A DNA stretch of 64,000 nucleotides, from NCBI RefSeq assembly GCF_009914755.1, contig NC_060927.1, one strand, 5' to 3'. This DNA is from the human T2T-CHM13v2.0 reference genome, Homo sapiens. Below, one piece after another: positions 38,601 through 51,704 of the stretch. Under the pieces are notes generated by a model. It had not been told where the DNA came from. It did not search any database and saw nothing but the letters and a program-made list of their open reading frames with translations. A program made the position numbers and the translations under genes. Numbering within the stretch: position 1 is the stretch's first letter; each line of letters starts with the position of its first letter.

Positions 38601-40109
38601 CCTTCATTATTTTCTTGACACTTGAAAAATTAGAGGCATTGTATCATTTTAAATCAAAAGCACGTTTTACTCTTAGTCTATGCAGATTTCTCTTGTACAT
38701 TCTGAACCTGTGTTATGTATAAAATTTTAGTCGACATCCATGAAAGATCCACACTCAATATATGCAATATAGGTCAGCATGGCTTATAAGCCCCTCAAGT
38801 TGCAGATCAGAAAATTGTACTCCTTGGGAGTACATCTGAAATGAATTTTGAAAGGTCTAGAGGTTTTGTTTGGCAAAGAATTGAGCAAGAAATCTCTTGG
38901 GCTTCCTTAGAGAAGTTTTCCTGAAAGAAATCTTTTGTATGTGTGTATATGACATTTAGAAATGAAAGTCAAACATTAAACCTTTGGTAAGGCCCACATT
39001 CTTCTTTTGCTGTATTAGTTCATATTCAGAACATCTGAAGAACAATGTGGGCATAAAGTATATTTTAGGAAAAGATGCAAACTAGGAGGATATTTTCTTA
39101 ATATAATAAAATGATTTTTGGCAACATGATGGTCAAAGTTTTTATTTATTATTAACAAAAATAATAACTACTCTTTATACTCCAAGAGTTCTTTAATCTC
39201 CGTAACAAATCTGAGGTCCCTTTTTTATAGCTCTGAATCTGAGACATTAGCAACAACATCAGTATAAGTCCCTTTACTTTTATGGACAACCATATTAAAC
39301 TGCTATTTTTATAAGTCAAAAATGACTAAGTATCACAATCTCATATGATTCAACCTAAATGATAAAGTGAGAATATCAACAATGAACACAATCATGGAAT
39401 TTCCCTATGTTTATTTTTTTTACAGACTAAATCTATCATCATTTAACTGTTGTCTCATTAAGGTCACATATCACATTGAAACAGCAATTTTAATAATTTT
39501 TATAAAGAATAAATTACCTCTGTATTTCTATATTTCTTTCTTAGTTTAATTTTTCAATAATTTAAATACCACTTAGGTGTGGGAGACATCTTATGTGAAG
39601 ATCTTATTATCTGATTATCTGAATAAATTATGATGTAGTGAATAGAAGTATAAATAGAGACAAGATACATAATTTTATTTCTACTAATAGACAGTAACCA
39701 GCCCATCACTTTCGCCTGTGCTTATTAGTGATTGTTAATATACAGTTACATTAAATATTTTTCAAGTTATAAGTAGAAACATATGCTGCACATTTGCATC
39801 CAACAAATATTTATACAGTGTCCCAAATAAAGAGTACATGATTATGCAGACTTAACTTCATATTGGAGTCACGATATGAATTTATTCATCAACTTAGGAA
39901 ATAGGTATTGAAATTCCAGCTACTATGGTTGGAGAAACAAAACAAAAAAAGACTTAGTTTGCACCCTCAGGGAGCTAAAGGTAAACTTCCTAGTAGAGAT
40001 TTAATTTTGTGAATTATCACATGACAGAAAATTTTGAACATTTAGAATTGTATAAATGTGAAATTAAATGCCTTTTGAGAGAGTGAGCTTTTTGCCTTTG
40101 ATAATTTTC

Positions 40110-40430
40110 TTTCTTTCATTCATGTCATTCTTTCAACAAAATTCCAAATGAGTACCTGTAATTTGTTAGAGCACAATCTTAAATGCCAGTGAAATAACGA
40201 AAAATGCAAATTGAGGTGTATTTGTCCAGATGGGGCTCACTTTCTGGGAAAGGCAGTATAATGCTGCGGCAAGAATGACTTTGGAATCAAACAGATTTAA
40301 ATTCGAATCCTGGTTCTTGCATATATTTCCCATGTGTACTTCTTGAGCCTTTATGTCCTTTCCAGTGAGACAGAAATACTACTTTATAGAGTTCGCAATT
40401 TTGAAAGAAAATTTGAATGCCTTGTTTCAA
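40110..40430. mobile_element. L2 3' end (minus) followed by MIR
   Basis: TCATTCTTTCAACAAA..TGAGTACCT; GACTTTGGAATCAAACAGA..TTCGAATCCTGGTTCT. Confidence 0.6.
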
Positions 40431-41036
40431 CCAGTAAAACAAACAAACAAATAAACAGAATTGTATTGTGATGTCCAGAATATATTTTGTTGATAGGCTA
40501 CCTACCCATAACAATACAAGTAACTCGGACTAGCTGCATGCACTCTCTCTTATCTTCAACTCTTCTCGCTGTATTCTGCTTAATCTCCTGTTTCTCATAT
40601 GCACAAATTTGAATACATATATTATTCAAAATATTATTTTAAATGATGTAGTACAATTGACTAAATTTTCCCTTTTGCATTTTACTTTTTATATTTTTTT
40701 AATCTTCCCTTTTGCATCAATATAGATACATCCTCTCCGTGTTATGTATCAGGCAACCTGTATTTGATGATATCCTTTTGAATTAATGTATTCTAGATTA
40801 TACATACTTAATATTGATGCTTCTTCTTCTGCTCTTTCTTGGCTATAAACCCTTTGGTGAACTGAATACAGCAACTGACAACAATTATAAATTTCAAATT
40901 AAATTTTTATGGAATCTTGTAATTATAAGGAAAATTAGGGGTCACTTTTACTATCATGTCTGTAAACATGCTTTTCTGCTTATCTGCACAAAATCCATAT
41001 TTTAAAATACAGGTGCTAAAAGCATGAAATAATGAG

Positions 41037-41119
41037 ATGGTGCATATAAACTACATAGCTATTCAAACAATAATTTGAATGGTGCATATAAACTACATAG
41101 CTATTCAAACAATAATTTG
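41037..41119. repeat. Perfect 41-bp tandem duplication (period 42)
   Basis: ATGGTGCATATAAACTACATAGCTATTCAAACAATAATTTG twice. Confidence 0.95.
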
Positions 41120-42100
41120 TTTAAAAACTACCAATAACTAAAGAACAAGACCAATGAAGAATTTACCATGTGCTCGGCAATGCACCTCTCCCGCTTTACA
41201 TGTACTATCTTATTAATCAGCTTTTATTCCTTTTTTTCGATCATTGCAGCAATTACATGAGACAAGCCTCATTTAAAAACCCATTATAGAGATGAGGAAG
41301 CTGAAGCTAACAAAGGTTAAGATAATAGAACTAGGAAGCATTTTATGTAGGATACAATTAAATGCAGAATCCATCTTAAAAATAGTGCAATTTTTCTGCT
41401 TGGATCAGCTGCTTCTAGGCTTTTTGAAAAGCTTGATATCAATCTTCTGGCTTCAATTATTGAAAAACAAGACGCAGTCCTGAAGTTCTAAAGAAGTCTT
41501 GTCTGAATAGACATGCATTGTGTTTGAGGGTGCTCATGAAGGCTCAGAAAGTTTTTCACAGCCCCTATTCCATCTAAAGTTAGGACATTGGGGGACTTAT
41601 TCAAAAACCTAAGTTTCATATATGAAATCTACAGCCCAGTGAGAGCATTCCTGCCCCCCACACCACAGCAACTCTTCGTGTGTCTTTACAGTATCTGGTG
41701 AGAATGTAAAATATTCTTGTATGAAGCTTTATGATAAAGCTCTCTGCAAGGCCTCTGAACTTAAACAAAATCTGGAAAAGCTTGTAGACAGTAAATCTTC
41801 ATCATACATTTGGAAAGGGTAGGCTCTGTGGGAGAATGCTCTTCATAAAACAATAAAAACTTTTCCAGGAAAATAAAAACACATTCAGAAAATAGATATG
41901 TCACTTTCTAGCATTTTTTATAATACCAAAACTCTCCAAATAAAATCTTGCATACAATAGGACAATTATTAAAGCAGATTAAAGGAATTGGATCAAGTTG
42001 CAATCTATAACCATTATATTAATATCTTTCTAGTTCAAATGCTTTATAATGACAAAAATATGTGTGTATGTGCATGTATGTCTGTGTATTTATATACATA

Positions 42101-45100
42101 CAGGCATGCCTCATTTTATTGCACTTTGCTTTATTGTGCTTCACAGATATTTTACTGTTTTAGAAATTGAGGGTATGTGGCAACCCGCCATCAAGTAAAT
42201 CTATCAATGCCATTTTTCCAATGGCATGTGCTCTCTTCATGGCTTGGCATTACATTTCAGTAATTCTCAAAAGATTCCCAACTTTTTCATTATTATTATA
42301 TCTGTTATGCTGATTGGTGGTCAGTAATCTTTGATGTTACTATTGTAACTGTTTTGGGGTGGCACAAACTGCATCCATATATGATGATGGACTTAATCAA
42401 TAAATGTGTTTGTTCTACAGAGTGCTTCACCAACTGGCCATGCCTCATCTCTCTTCCTCTCCTCAGGCTTCCCTATATCCCAGGACACAACAATATTAAA
42501 ATTAGGCCCAGTTAGTAACCTTACAATGGCCTCTAAGTGAAGTGAAAGGAAAAGCTGCAAGACTCACTTTAAATGAAAAGCTAGAAATGACTAAGCTTAG
42601 AGAGGAAGGCACGTTGAAAGCTGAGAAAGGCCAAAAGCTAGAACTCTTTCACCTTTTAGCCAAGTTGTAAATGCAAAGGAAAAACTCTTGAAGAAAATTA
42701 AATATGCTACTCCAGAAAACACATAATAATAAAGCAAAACAGCATTAATGTTGATATAGAGGAAATTATACTGGTCTGGATAGAAGAGCAAAGGAACCAC
42801 AACATTTCATTAAGCCAAAGCCTAATCCAGAGCAAGGCCCAAAATTTCTTTAATTTTATGAAGGCTGAGAGAGCTGAGGAAGTTGCAGCAGAAAAGATTG
42901 AAGTGAACAGAGGTTAGTTTATGAAGGTTAAGGAAAGAAACCATCTCCGTAACATAGAAGTGCAAGGTAAAGCTGTAAGTTCTAACTAGAAGCTACAGCA
43001 AGTTTTTCAGATCTAGCTAAGACAATTTATGAACACTAAACAAAAGATTTTCAGTGTAGACAAAAGTCTTCTATTGGTAGAAGATGCCATCTAGAAACTT
43101 CACAGTTAGAAAGAAGGCAATACCTCGCTTCAAACTTCAAAGGATAGACTTACTCTCCTATTAGAGGCTAATAAGAACTGCAGCTGGTGACTTGAACTTG
43201 AGGTCAATGCTCATTTACCATTCTTCAGGTGGTAGCGCCCTTCAGAATTATGCTAAATCTACTCTGTACTCTATAAATGGAACTTAGCCTACATACACCT
43301 ATATGTAGTATGGTTTACTGGATTTTTTAATTATACTTTAAGTTCTGGGGTACATGTGCAGAATGTGCAGGCTTGTTAATAGGTATACATGTGCCATGGT
43401 GGTTTGCTGCACCCATCAACCCGTCATCTACATTAGATATTTCTCCTAATGCTATCCTTCCCCTAGCCCCCCACTTCCAGACAGGCCCTGGTATGTGATG
43501 TTCCCCTCCCTGTGTCCATGTGTTCTCATTGTTCAATTCCCACTTATGAGTGAGAACCTGCAGTGTTTGGTGTTCTGTTCTTGTGTTAGTTTGCTGAGAA
43601 TGATAGTTACCAGCTTCATTCATGTCCCTACAAAGGACATGAACTCATCCCTTTTTATGGCTCCATAGTATTCTATGGTGTATATGTGCCACATTTTCTT
43701 TATGCAGTCTATCATTGAGGGGAATTTGGGTTGGTTCCAAGTCATTGCTATTGTGAACAGTGCCGCAATAAACATACGTGTGCGTGTGTCTTTATAGTAG
43801 GATGATTTATAATCATTTGGGTATATACCCAGTAATGGGATTGCTGGGTCAAATGGTATTTTTGGTTCTAAATCCTTGAGGAATTGCCACACTGCCTTCC
43901 AGAATGGTTGAACTAATTTACACTCCTATCAACAGTGTAAAAGCATCCCTATTTCTCCACATCCTCTTCAGCATCTGTTGTTTCCTGACTTTTTAACGAT
44001 TGCCATTCTAACTGGCATGAGATGGTATCTCACTGTGGTTTTGATTTGCATTTCTCTAATAACCAGTGATGATGAGCTTTTTTCATATATTTGTTGGCTG
44101 CATAAATGTCTTCTTTTCAGAAGTGTCTGTTCATATCTTTTGCCCACTTTTTGATGGGGTTGTTTGTTTTTTCTTCTACATTTGCTTAAGTTCTTTGTAG
44201 ATTCTGGATATTAGCCCTTTGTCAGATGGATAGATTGCAAAAATGTTCTCCAATTCTGTAGGTTGCCTGTTCACTCTGATGATAGTTTATTTTGCTGTGC
44301 AGAAGCTCTTTAGTTTAATTAGATCCCATTTGTCAATTTTGGCTTTTGTTGCCATTGCTTTTGGTATTTTAGTCATGAAGTCTTTGCCCATGCCTATGCC
44401 CTGAATGGTATTGCCTAGGTTTCCTTCTAGGGCTTTTATGGTTTTAGGTCTTACATTTAAGTCTTTAATCCATCTTGAGTTAATTTTTGTATAAGGTGTA
44501 AGAAAGGGGTCCAGTTTCAGTTTTCTGCATATGACTAGCCAGTTTTCCTAACACAATTTATTAAATAGGGAATCCTTTCCCCATTGCTTGTTTTTGTCAG
44601 ATTTGTCAAAGATCAGATGGTTGTAGATGTGTAGTGTTATTTCTGAGGCCTCTGTTCTGTTCCATTGGTCTATATCTCTGTTTTGGTACCAGTACCATGC
44701 TGTTTTGGTTACTGTAGCCTTGTGATATAGTTTGAAGTCAGGTAGCATGATGCCTCCAGCTTTGTTCTTTTTGCTTAGCATTGTCTTGGCTATTCAGGCT
44801 GTTTTTGGTTCCATATGAAATTTAAAGTAGTTTCTTTTAATTATCTGAAGAAAGTCAGTGGTAGCTTGATGAGGATAGCATTGAATCTATAAATTACTTT
44901 GGGCATTATGGCAATTTTCACAATATTCGTTCTTCCTAACCATAAGCATGAAATGTTTTTTGTGTCTTCTCGTATTTCCTTGAGCAGTGGTTTGTAGTTC
45001 TCCTTGAAGAGGTCCTTCACATCCCCTGTAAGTTGTATTCCTAGGTATTTTATTCTCTTTGTAGCAGTTGTGAATGGGAGTTCACTCATGATTTGGCTCT

Positions 45101-46641
45101 CTGTTTGTCTGTCATTGGTGAATAGGAATGCTTGTGATTTTTGCACACTGATTTTGTATCCTGAGACTTTGCTGAAGTTGCTTATCAGCTTCAGGAGATT
45201 TTGGGCTGAGATGATCGGGTTTTCTAAATATACAATGATGTCATCTGCAAACAGAGACAATTTGACTTCCTCTCTTCCTACTTGAATACCCTTTATTTCT
45301 TTCTCTAGCCTGGTTGCCCTGGCAGAATTTCCAATACTATGTTGAATAGGAGTGGTGAAAGAGGGCATCCTTGTCTTGTGCCGGTTTTCAAAGGGAATGC
45401 TTCCAGTTTTTGCCCATTCAGTATGATATTGGCTGTGGGTTTGTCAAAAATAGCTCTTATTATTTTGAGATATGTTCCATCAATACCTAGTTTACTGAGG
45501 GTTTTTAGCATGAAGGGGTATTGAATTTTGTCAAAGGCCTTTTCTGCATCTATTGAGATAATCATGTGGTGTTTGTCATTGGTTCTGTTTATGTGATGGA
45601 TTACATTTATTGATTTGCGTATATTGAACCAGCGTTGTATCCCAGGGATGAAGCTGACTTGATCATGGTGGATAAGGTTTTTGATGTGCTGCTGGATTCG
45701 ATTTGCCAGCATTTTATCGAGGATTTTCACATTGATGTTCATCAAGTATATTGGCCTGAAATTTTTTTTTGTTGTGTCTCTGCCAGGTTTTTGTGTTTGG
45801 TATCAAGATGACGCTGGCCTCATAAAATGAGTTAGGGAGAAGTCCCTCTATTTCTATCGTTTGGAACAGTTTCAGAAGGAATGGTACCAGCTCCTCTTTA
45901 TACCTCTGGTAGAATTTGGCTGTGAATCAAACTGGTCCTGGACTTTTTTTGATTGGTAGGCTATTAATTACTGCCTCAATTTCAGAACTTGTTATTGGTC
46001 TATTCAGGGATTCGACTTCTTCCTGGTTTAGACTTGGGAGGGTGTATGTGTCAAGGAATTTATCCATTTCTTCTAGATTTTCTAGTTTATTTGTGTAGAG
46101 GTGTTTATAGTATTCTCTGATGGTAGTTTGTATTTCTGTGAGATCAGTGGTGACATTCCCTTTATCATTTTTTATTGCTTCTATTTGATTCTTCTCTCTT
46201 TTCTTCTTTATTAGTCTGGCTAGTGGTCTATCAATTTTGTTGATCTTTTCAAAAAACCAGTTCCTGGATTCATTGATTTTTTGAAGGGTTTTTTGTGTCT
46301 CTATCTCCTTTAGTTCTGCTCTGATCTCAGTTATTTCTTGTCTTCTGCTAGCTTTAAGCCCACTACTGAGACGTGATGCTCAGGAAAAAAAAAAAAAAGA
46401 TTTATTTTAAAGTATTATTTCTCACTGACAGTGTACATGGTCACCCAAGAGCTCTCATGGAGATGTATGAAGAGATTAATGTTGTTTCCATGCCTGCCAA
46501 CACAGCATCCATTTTATAGCCCATGTACCAAGGAGTAATTTCGGCTTTTAAGTCTTATTATTTAAGAAGTACATTTTGTAAGGTTATAGATGCCATAGAT
46601 AGTGATTTCTTTGATGGGTTTGGGCAAATTAAATTGAAAAA
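42101..46641 (+). mobile_element. Tigger1 (TcMar/pogo) DNA transposon, 3'-truncated, split by L1
   Basis: TA + left TIR CAGGCATGCCTCATTTTATTGC; transposase remnant (GAAAAGCTAGAAATGACTAAGCTTAG); resumes at ~46355 with AAGCCCACTACTGAGAC. Confidence 0.9.
43328..46352 (-). mobile_element. L1PA7/8-like, 5'-truncated (~3 kb), nested in Tigger1
   Basis: ORF2 RT remnants ([34 protein letters not shown]) in broken frames; L1PA 3' UTR at the left end. Confidence 0.95.
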
Positions 46642-47849
46642 GGGCCCCAGTTGGTAAGGTCTAAGTCTAGTATTGCTTTCAGGGAAGTCTTAAAACCTTA
46701 CTTTTTCTTGTACAGACCTTGGAGTAAACACCGAGAGCTCTGAACTCATAATTAATCATTTTCTTCTCCACATTCCTCTGAAAAAAAAAAAAAAAACAAC
46801 CACACCCATTTTTGATATAAATACCTGTATCTATCAGGGAATTAGATCCCCTGTATTATAGGAATCAGGTACTTATTACAGAATTAAACCTTACAGAAAT
46901 TTAGGAGGAGCAGGGCAAATAATGGTCTGGAATAAGGATTAGAAGGAGAAGAGAAATAGTTGCTGATGCATCTTCCAGAAGCACTAGCATAGGTGGACAG
47001 ATCAGAACTTTCAGGAGAAGCTAATAAGCCAAGAATAGCCTGCTACAACAGGTCATGAAGGACGAACACTGAAGAAGTCTATGATAATCTGTTATCTCTG
47101 GGTAGCCACCACCTCTGCGGGTCTGCGTTCAAGCATCTGGTAGCGTGTTTAGGGCTCCTATTAGCAGGGCTACCAGCCAAAAAACTAGCTGGACATAGTA
47201 GAAAGATGGGAATGACTGGGTTCCCGTGAGGTTGTCCAGCATCATATTTGACTACAGTGGACTTCTAAGAGTAAAGTTGTGGCTTCACCATTAACTTCCA
47301 AATGAAGTGGAAGTTCCTCTTTGACCAACTCTAACCAAAAAGTATGTACTAAAAAAATAATATCTTGGAAACTGTAGTGGCGGTCTTAATGAAATTAACA
47401 TAGCAGAATCCAGCATACTTGCTTCAGGCCTAAAGCAATGCATTTATGATATATTTTCTCACTCCATTTCCTCTAAATCTAAATGTAACCTTTTGCTGGC
47501 TGTTTTTGTAAAACTTTTGATAACTTTAAATTTATAACTTATACTCCAATAAGAAATGAAAGAGTCAATCTCCTTCAAAATCTTCAAGAAAAATTTTTTA
47601 TCCCATCTTATTGTTTTGATTGGTTTGCAAGTATATGTCTAAACCAGTCACCGTCTCTGGTGGAATGAAATATTTTGTTTGGCTTAGAGTAGTTAGTACC
47701 CACTGTTAAAACTGATGATGAGATGAATCCTAGTCAAATATCAGGACCACCTGTATGTGTATGCAGACAGCAGCATATTGTCAATGTAATGATGTCTTTC
47801 CAAAATTGGATAAGAACAGAAGAGAAATAGTACTGGCTCTCTTACACTA

Positions 47850-48300
47850 AATGAAGAAAAATTCTCAATGCTGATGAAAGATGTATCTTACAATCAAAGA
47901 GTGAATTTAGTAGCATGCAATATTAATGTAAACAAGCAAAGTATACATGGATATATCTTCATGAAATTTTTGGATTCCAAGCATAGAATTAAAACATTAA
48001 AAGCTTCCACAGAGCATAAAACAAATTGTCTAGTCAGAGAAGAGGATTAGGTTGTCATCAGAAGTCCAAATGACTACATTAAATGTTAAAAAAAATAGAA
48101 AACAATCTTTAAAATTTTAAGAATTTTAAACACACGATCCCAACTATCGTTCAAATATATAGAAAATATAAAGATATATTTGGATATGCAAGGGCTGACA
48201 AAAGTACCGTCCACCATTCCGTCCAAAATTAATTACTCCAGGATGTACTGCAGCAAAATAAAAAGGATTTAAACAGGAAGATATGGGATAAATAATAATG
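47850..48300 (+). mobile_element. Ancient L1 ORF1-like fragment
   Basis: YIFMKFLDSKHRIKTLKAS resembles L1 ORF1 HII.KF....KEKILKAS. Confidence 0.55.
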
Positions 48301-49911
48301 CTAAAAATCAGTTAAAATAGGTAATTATTGATACAAAATGTAAAGACTTTTTTAAAATTACTATCTATGTCCACAATCTCAGAGCCTGTGCTGGGCAAGA
48401 TGCAAAGAAAGATGGTCTACTGTGGCAATCTTATTTGATTCAAAGTAAATGTGCTACTTGATAAAGTGTGACTTGATAAAGCAGCATAGCAGGGACATCT
48501 AGAGTAGGCATTGGCTGTTTTTCAGCTGCAACTTCTACAGATCCATCTATTTTCCCTGACCCACCCCCCCAAAAAAAATGACTAAAATGGAATCCTTTAT
48601 TCTAGATGTATTATGTAGTGGCTAACCACTTTCTGATTAAAAGATTTTGCCAACTGTGAAGCCACAGAGTGGCTATGTATGAGACAGGGCTTTATTGTTT
48701 ACTATTAATGCTTTATTCCTTCTTAATTCATTAGTAATTAGATGGCATTTTTCCAGGGAGTGAATGCTCCTTTGATTTCTTATCATTTAATACTGCTAAG
48801 ATTTAGAGTGGAAGTAATTTGGATTGTTTTGTTCCAATAAAAGATTGGCCTTTTCCCCCTTTTTCTTGTTATTATTATCCAATAGAATGGGTTTATAATC
48901 AAGTGGGAAAATGTGGAATATGTACATAAAATAAGAAGTAAAAATAAGCAGATAGGAATGGAAATGGTTAAGAGAATGTTATAGAATATGCTACAGAGAT
49001 GGGCACTTCCTAGTTGTAGTTTCAGCTCTTCTTTTATTCTCAATATTAACATTCATAATTTGTGAGACTCGGCATGTGTTGACTTTAAACGTGCAATCAG
49101 AACTGGGATGGAATAGATATTATACACTTCACTATTCTCCTGCCCCCTGTGAATACTTAAGACACTTTTCTTGCATCTGAAATGGACAGCATTGACTTAT
49201 TTCTGTACTGGCAAGTTTCACATCTCCTGTATCTTTTGTCTTCATTAAGTCACAGTAACTTTCTAGTTGTCTCTAATAAAGCCTTTGCCTTAATATATTG
49301 TAGCTTCAATAAAAGTAGGAAAGTCTATGTCTAATTTAAAAACACATATTTTATGTTTATAGTTAATGTTCCCTGTGGCATATTTAACGAAACTAGCCAA
49401 GTAACCATATACTTGGAAAAAAAAAAAGAAAATGCACACAAGCAAAAATCCATTCATTCATATGATTTCTTCTATAAAAATCTTTCACATGAAGGGAGAA
49501 AGAAGAATAACAATTAAATAGCAGAAATCTCTAAATATTTACAGTTAAATCTGTATATCGGGGGATAGTATGTAGGTTATGTTCTTTATTCTATTGAAAG
49601 ATTAGTACTTTGCCAACTATTTTTAATGATTTTTTTTGAAATGTGTCATTATTTATAGCTGATTCATTCCACTTTGAGTAAAGTATATCTCACCTGTTCT
49701 TTAGCTTAGGATGGCAGCATGTAGGTGGGATTATAAAAAATTCTGTATACAGAAATATATGCAGTGTCATGGTCTCCCCACTGTTTTGTACTTTTGATTA
49801 TTAAAATTATGTTAAAAGAAAATTGTGTTATATCACAAGTAACTTGGCATAAAAATTAAATAGTGAGTTTTATTATTTTATACATAGCACACTACACATA
49901 AACTAATTTTA

Positions 49912-50227
49912 GGCCAGGCGCGGTGGCTCACGCCTGTAATCCCAGCACTTTGGGAGGCCGAGGCGGGCGGATCACAAGCTCAGGAGATCGAGACCATCCT
50001 GGGTAACATGGTGAAACCCCGTCACTACTAAAAATACAAAAAAAAATTAGCCGGGCGTGGTGGCGGGTGCCTGTAGTCCCAGCTACTCAGGAGGCTGAGG
50101 CAGGAGAATGGCGTGAAGTGGGGAGGCGGAGCTTGCAGTGAGCCGAGATCGCGCCACTGCATTCCAGCCTGGGCGACAGAGCGAGACTCCGTCTCAAAAA
50201 AAAACAAACAACAACAACAACAACAAA
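49912..50227 (+). mobile_element. AluY (CpG-rich, young)
   Basis: Near-consensus AluY; (CAA)n tail; TSD AAACTAATTTTA at 49900-49911 and 50228-50239. Confidence 0.98.
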
Positions 50228-50509
50228 AAACTAATTTTAATAAACAATCATAGTTTCTACTTTATAAATCAGAAATATTTTATGAAGTAGCATATTAAGG
50301 AATTTGGTGAACTCCTCAAAAACAAATGCCAAACTTAAAATTGAGGAGAGAGAGAAATTGAAACCTGCATCTCCATGAGGAACAGCAAACACTAGTGGAG
50401 ACCTGGGAAGGTATCCCTGGGAATCTCAGAAGCACAAAGCAGCTACCTAGTGCCTTTCACACTAAGACAATTTCCTAAAGAAATGTATTTATACAGTTTT
50501 GGTGTTTCT

Positions 50510-50990
50510 CTGTCTCAGTTATCTATCACTGTGAAACAACTCAAAACTTGGTGACTTCAGGCAATGATGATTTATTATTTCTCATAAGTCTGCGGGTTGG
50601 GTGGGTGCTTAGCTGGTTGGTTCTTCTGATGACCTCCTCTGGAGCATTTCTTCATCTAAAGACATTCAGAAGGTTGGCAAGGGCTGAAGGATCTGAGACA
50701 GCCTTATTCAGATATGCAGGGCCTTGCTGCTATTTGGCTAGCCCCTCTTTCTCTCTCTCCACATGGAATCTCATCACAGGGGGGCCCAGTCCAGCCACTG
50801 CAAATGGAGCATTCTAATAGGGCAAAGGAAGAAGCTCGGGAGCTTTTTGAGGCCTAGAATTTTGAATTCATACAACGTCGCCTGCCACATTTTCTTACTC
50901 AAAACAAGATGCAAGTTCAGTCCGGATTCAAGGTACGGTAAAGTAAATTCCCTCTCTTGATGGAAGGAGCTACAAAATATCATGTGTTTC
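50510..50990 (-). mobile_element. MLT1 (MaLR) LTR, old
   Basis: TGTCTCAGTTATCTATCACTGTGAAAC; CTCTTGATGGAAGGAGCTACAAA. Confidence 0.7.
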
Positions 50991-51078
50991 AAGTCAATTC
51001 CTTTCTCTCTCCCTTTGTCTCTGTCTCTCTCTCTCTGTTTTAGTTTTCTTTGCATGTTATCATAAAGAAGGCTGACTT

Positions 51079-51302
51079 TTGTCTAATGCAGGAGTCAGGA
51101 AACTTTGTGTACAAGTTTAGATAGTAAATATTTGACATTTTAAGAAATTTTAAGTTCTCTATCACAACTACTCACCTCTACAGTTGTAGCATGAAAGTGG
51201 CCATAGATAATTCATAATATAATTCATTGGCTATATTACAATAAAACTCTGTTTACAAAAATACTGGCTAGACTTGGTTCATTGGTCATTTGCTGAACAC
51301 TG
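51079..51302. mobile_element. MER58A-like (hAT-Charlie)
   Basis: CAGGAGTCAGGAAACTTT..AGATAGTAAATATTT..CAATAAAACTCTGTTTACAAAAA..TTTGCTGA. Confidence 0.75.
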
Positions 51303-51704
51303 GCGTTACAGGTTGAATTATATCCCCCTGCCAAAAAGAGGTTTTAAACTTGGGTACTTCACAATGTGACCTTTCTTTGAAAATAAGGTGGTGGTAAATA
51401 TAATTAGCTAAAATAAGATCATACTGAAATAGGGAAGGTTCCTAATCTAGTATGACAGGTGTCATTATAAGAGCAGAAATTGGAATGATTGCAGCTGCAG
51501 GACAAAAATTGCCAAAGTTTGCTAGCAAACCAGCAGAAACTGAGACGAATTATGAAAGGACTTTCCTACAGATATTGGTGTGGTCTTGTTGATACTTGGA
51601 CTTACAGATGTCTAGCCTCCAGAAGTGTGACACAACAAATTTCTGTTGTTTTAAGCCACTCAGTGTGTGGTACTTTGTTACCATTGGCCGAGGAAACCAA
51701 TACA
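51303..51704 (+). mobile_element. MLT1C/B MaLR LTR
   Basis: AATGTGACCTT; CTAGCCTCCAGAAGTGTGA..AAATTTCTGTTGTTTTAAGCCAC..AATACA. Confidence 0.8.

Noticed and set aside
38816-38834. 8-bp hairpin TGTACTCC-TTG-GGAGTACA
   Set aside because: Short enough to be expected by chance in 64 kb.
44548-45745. Functional reverse transcriptase gene
   Set aside because: Fragmented L1 ORF2 in several frames, 5'-truncated, with no promoter.
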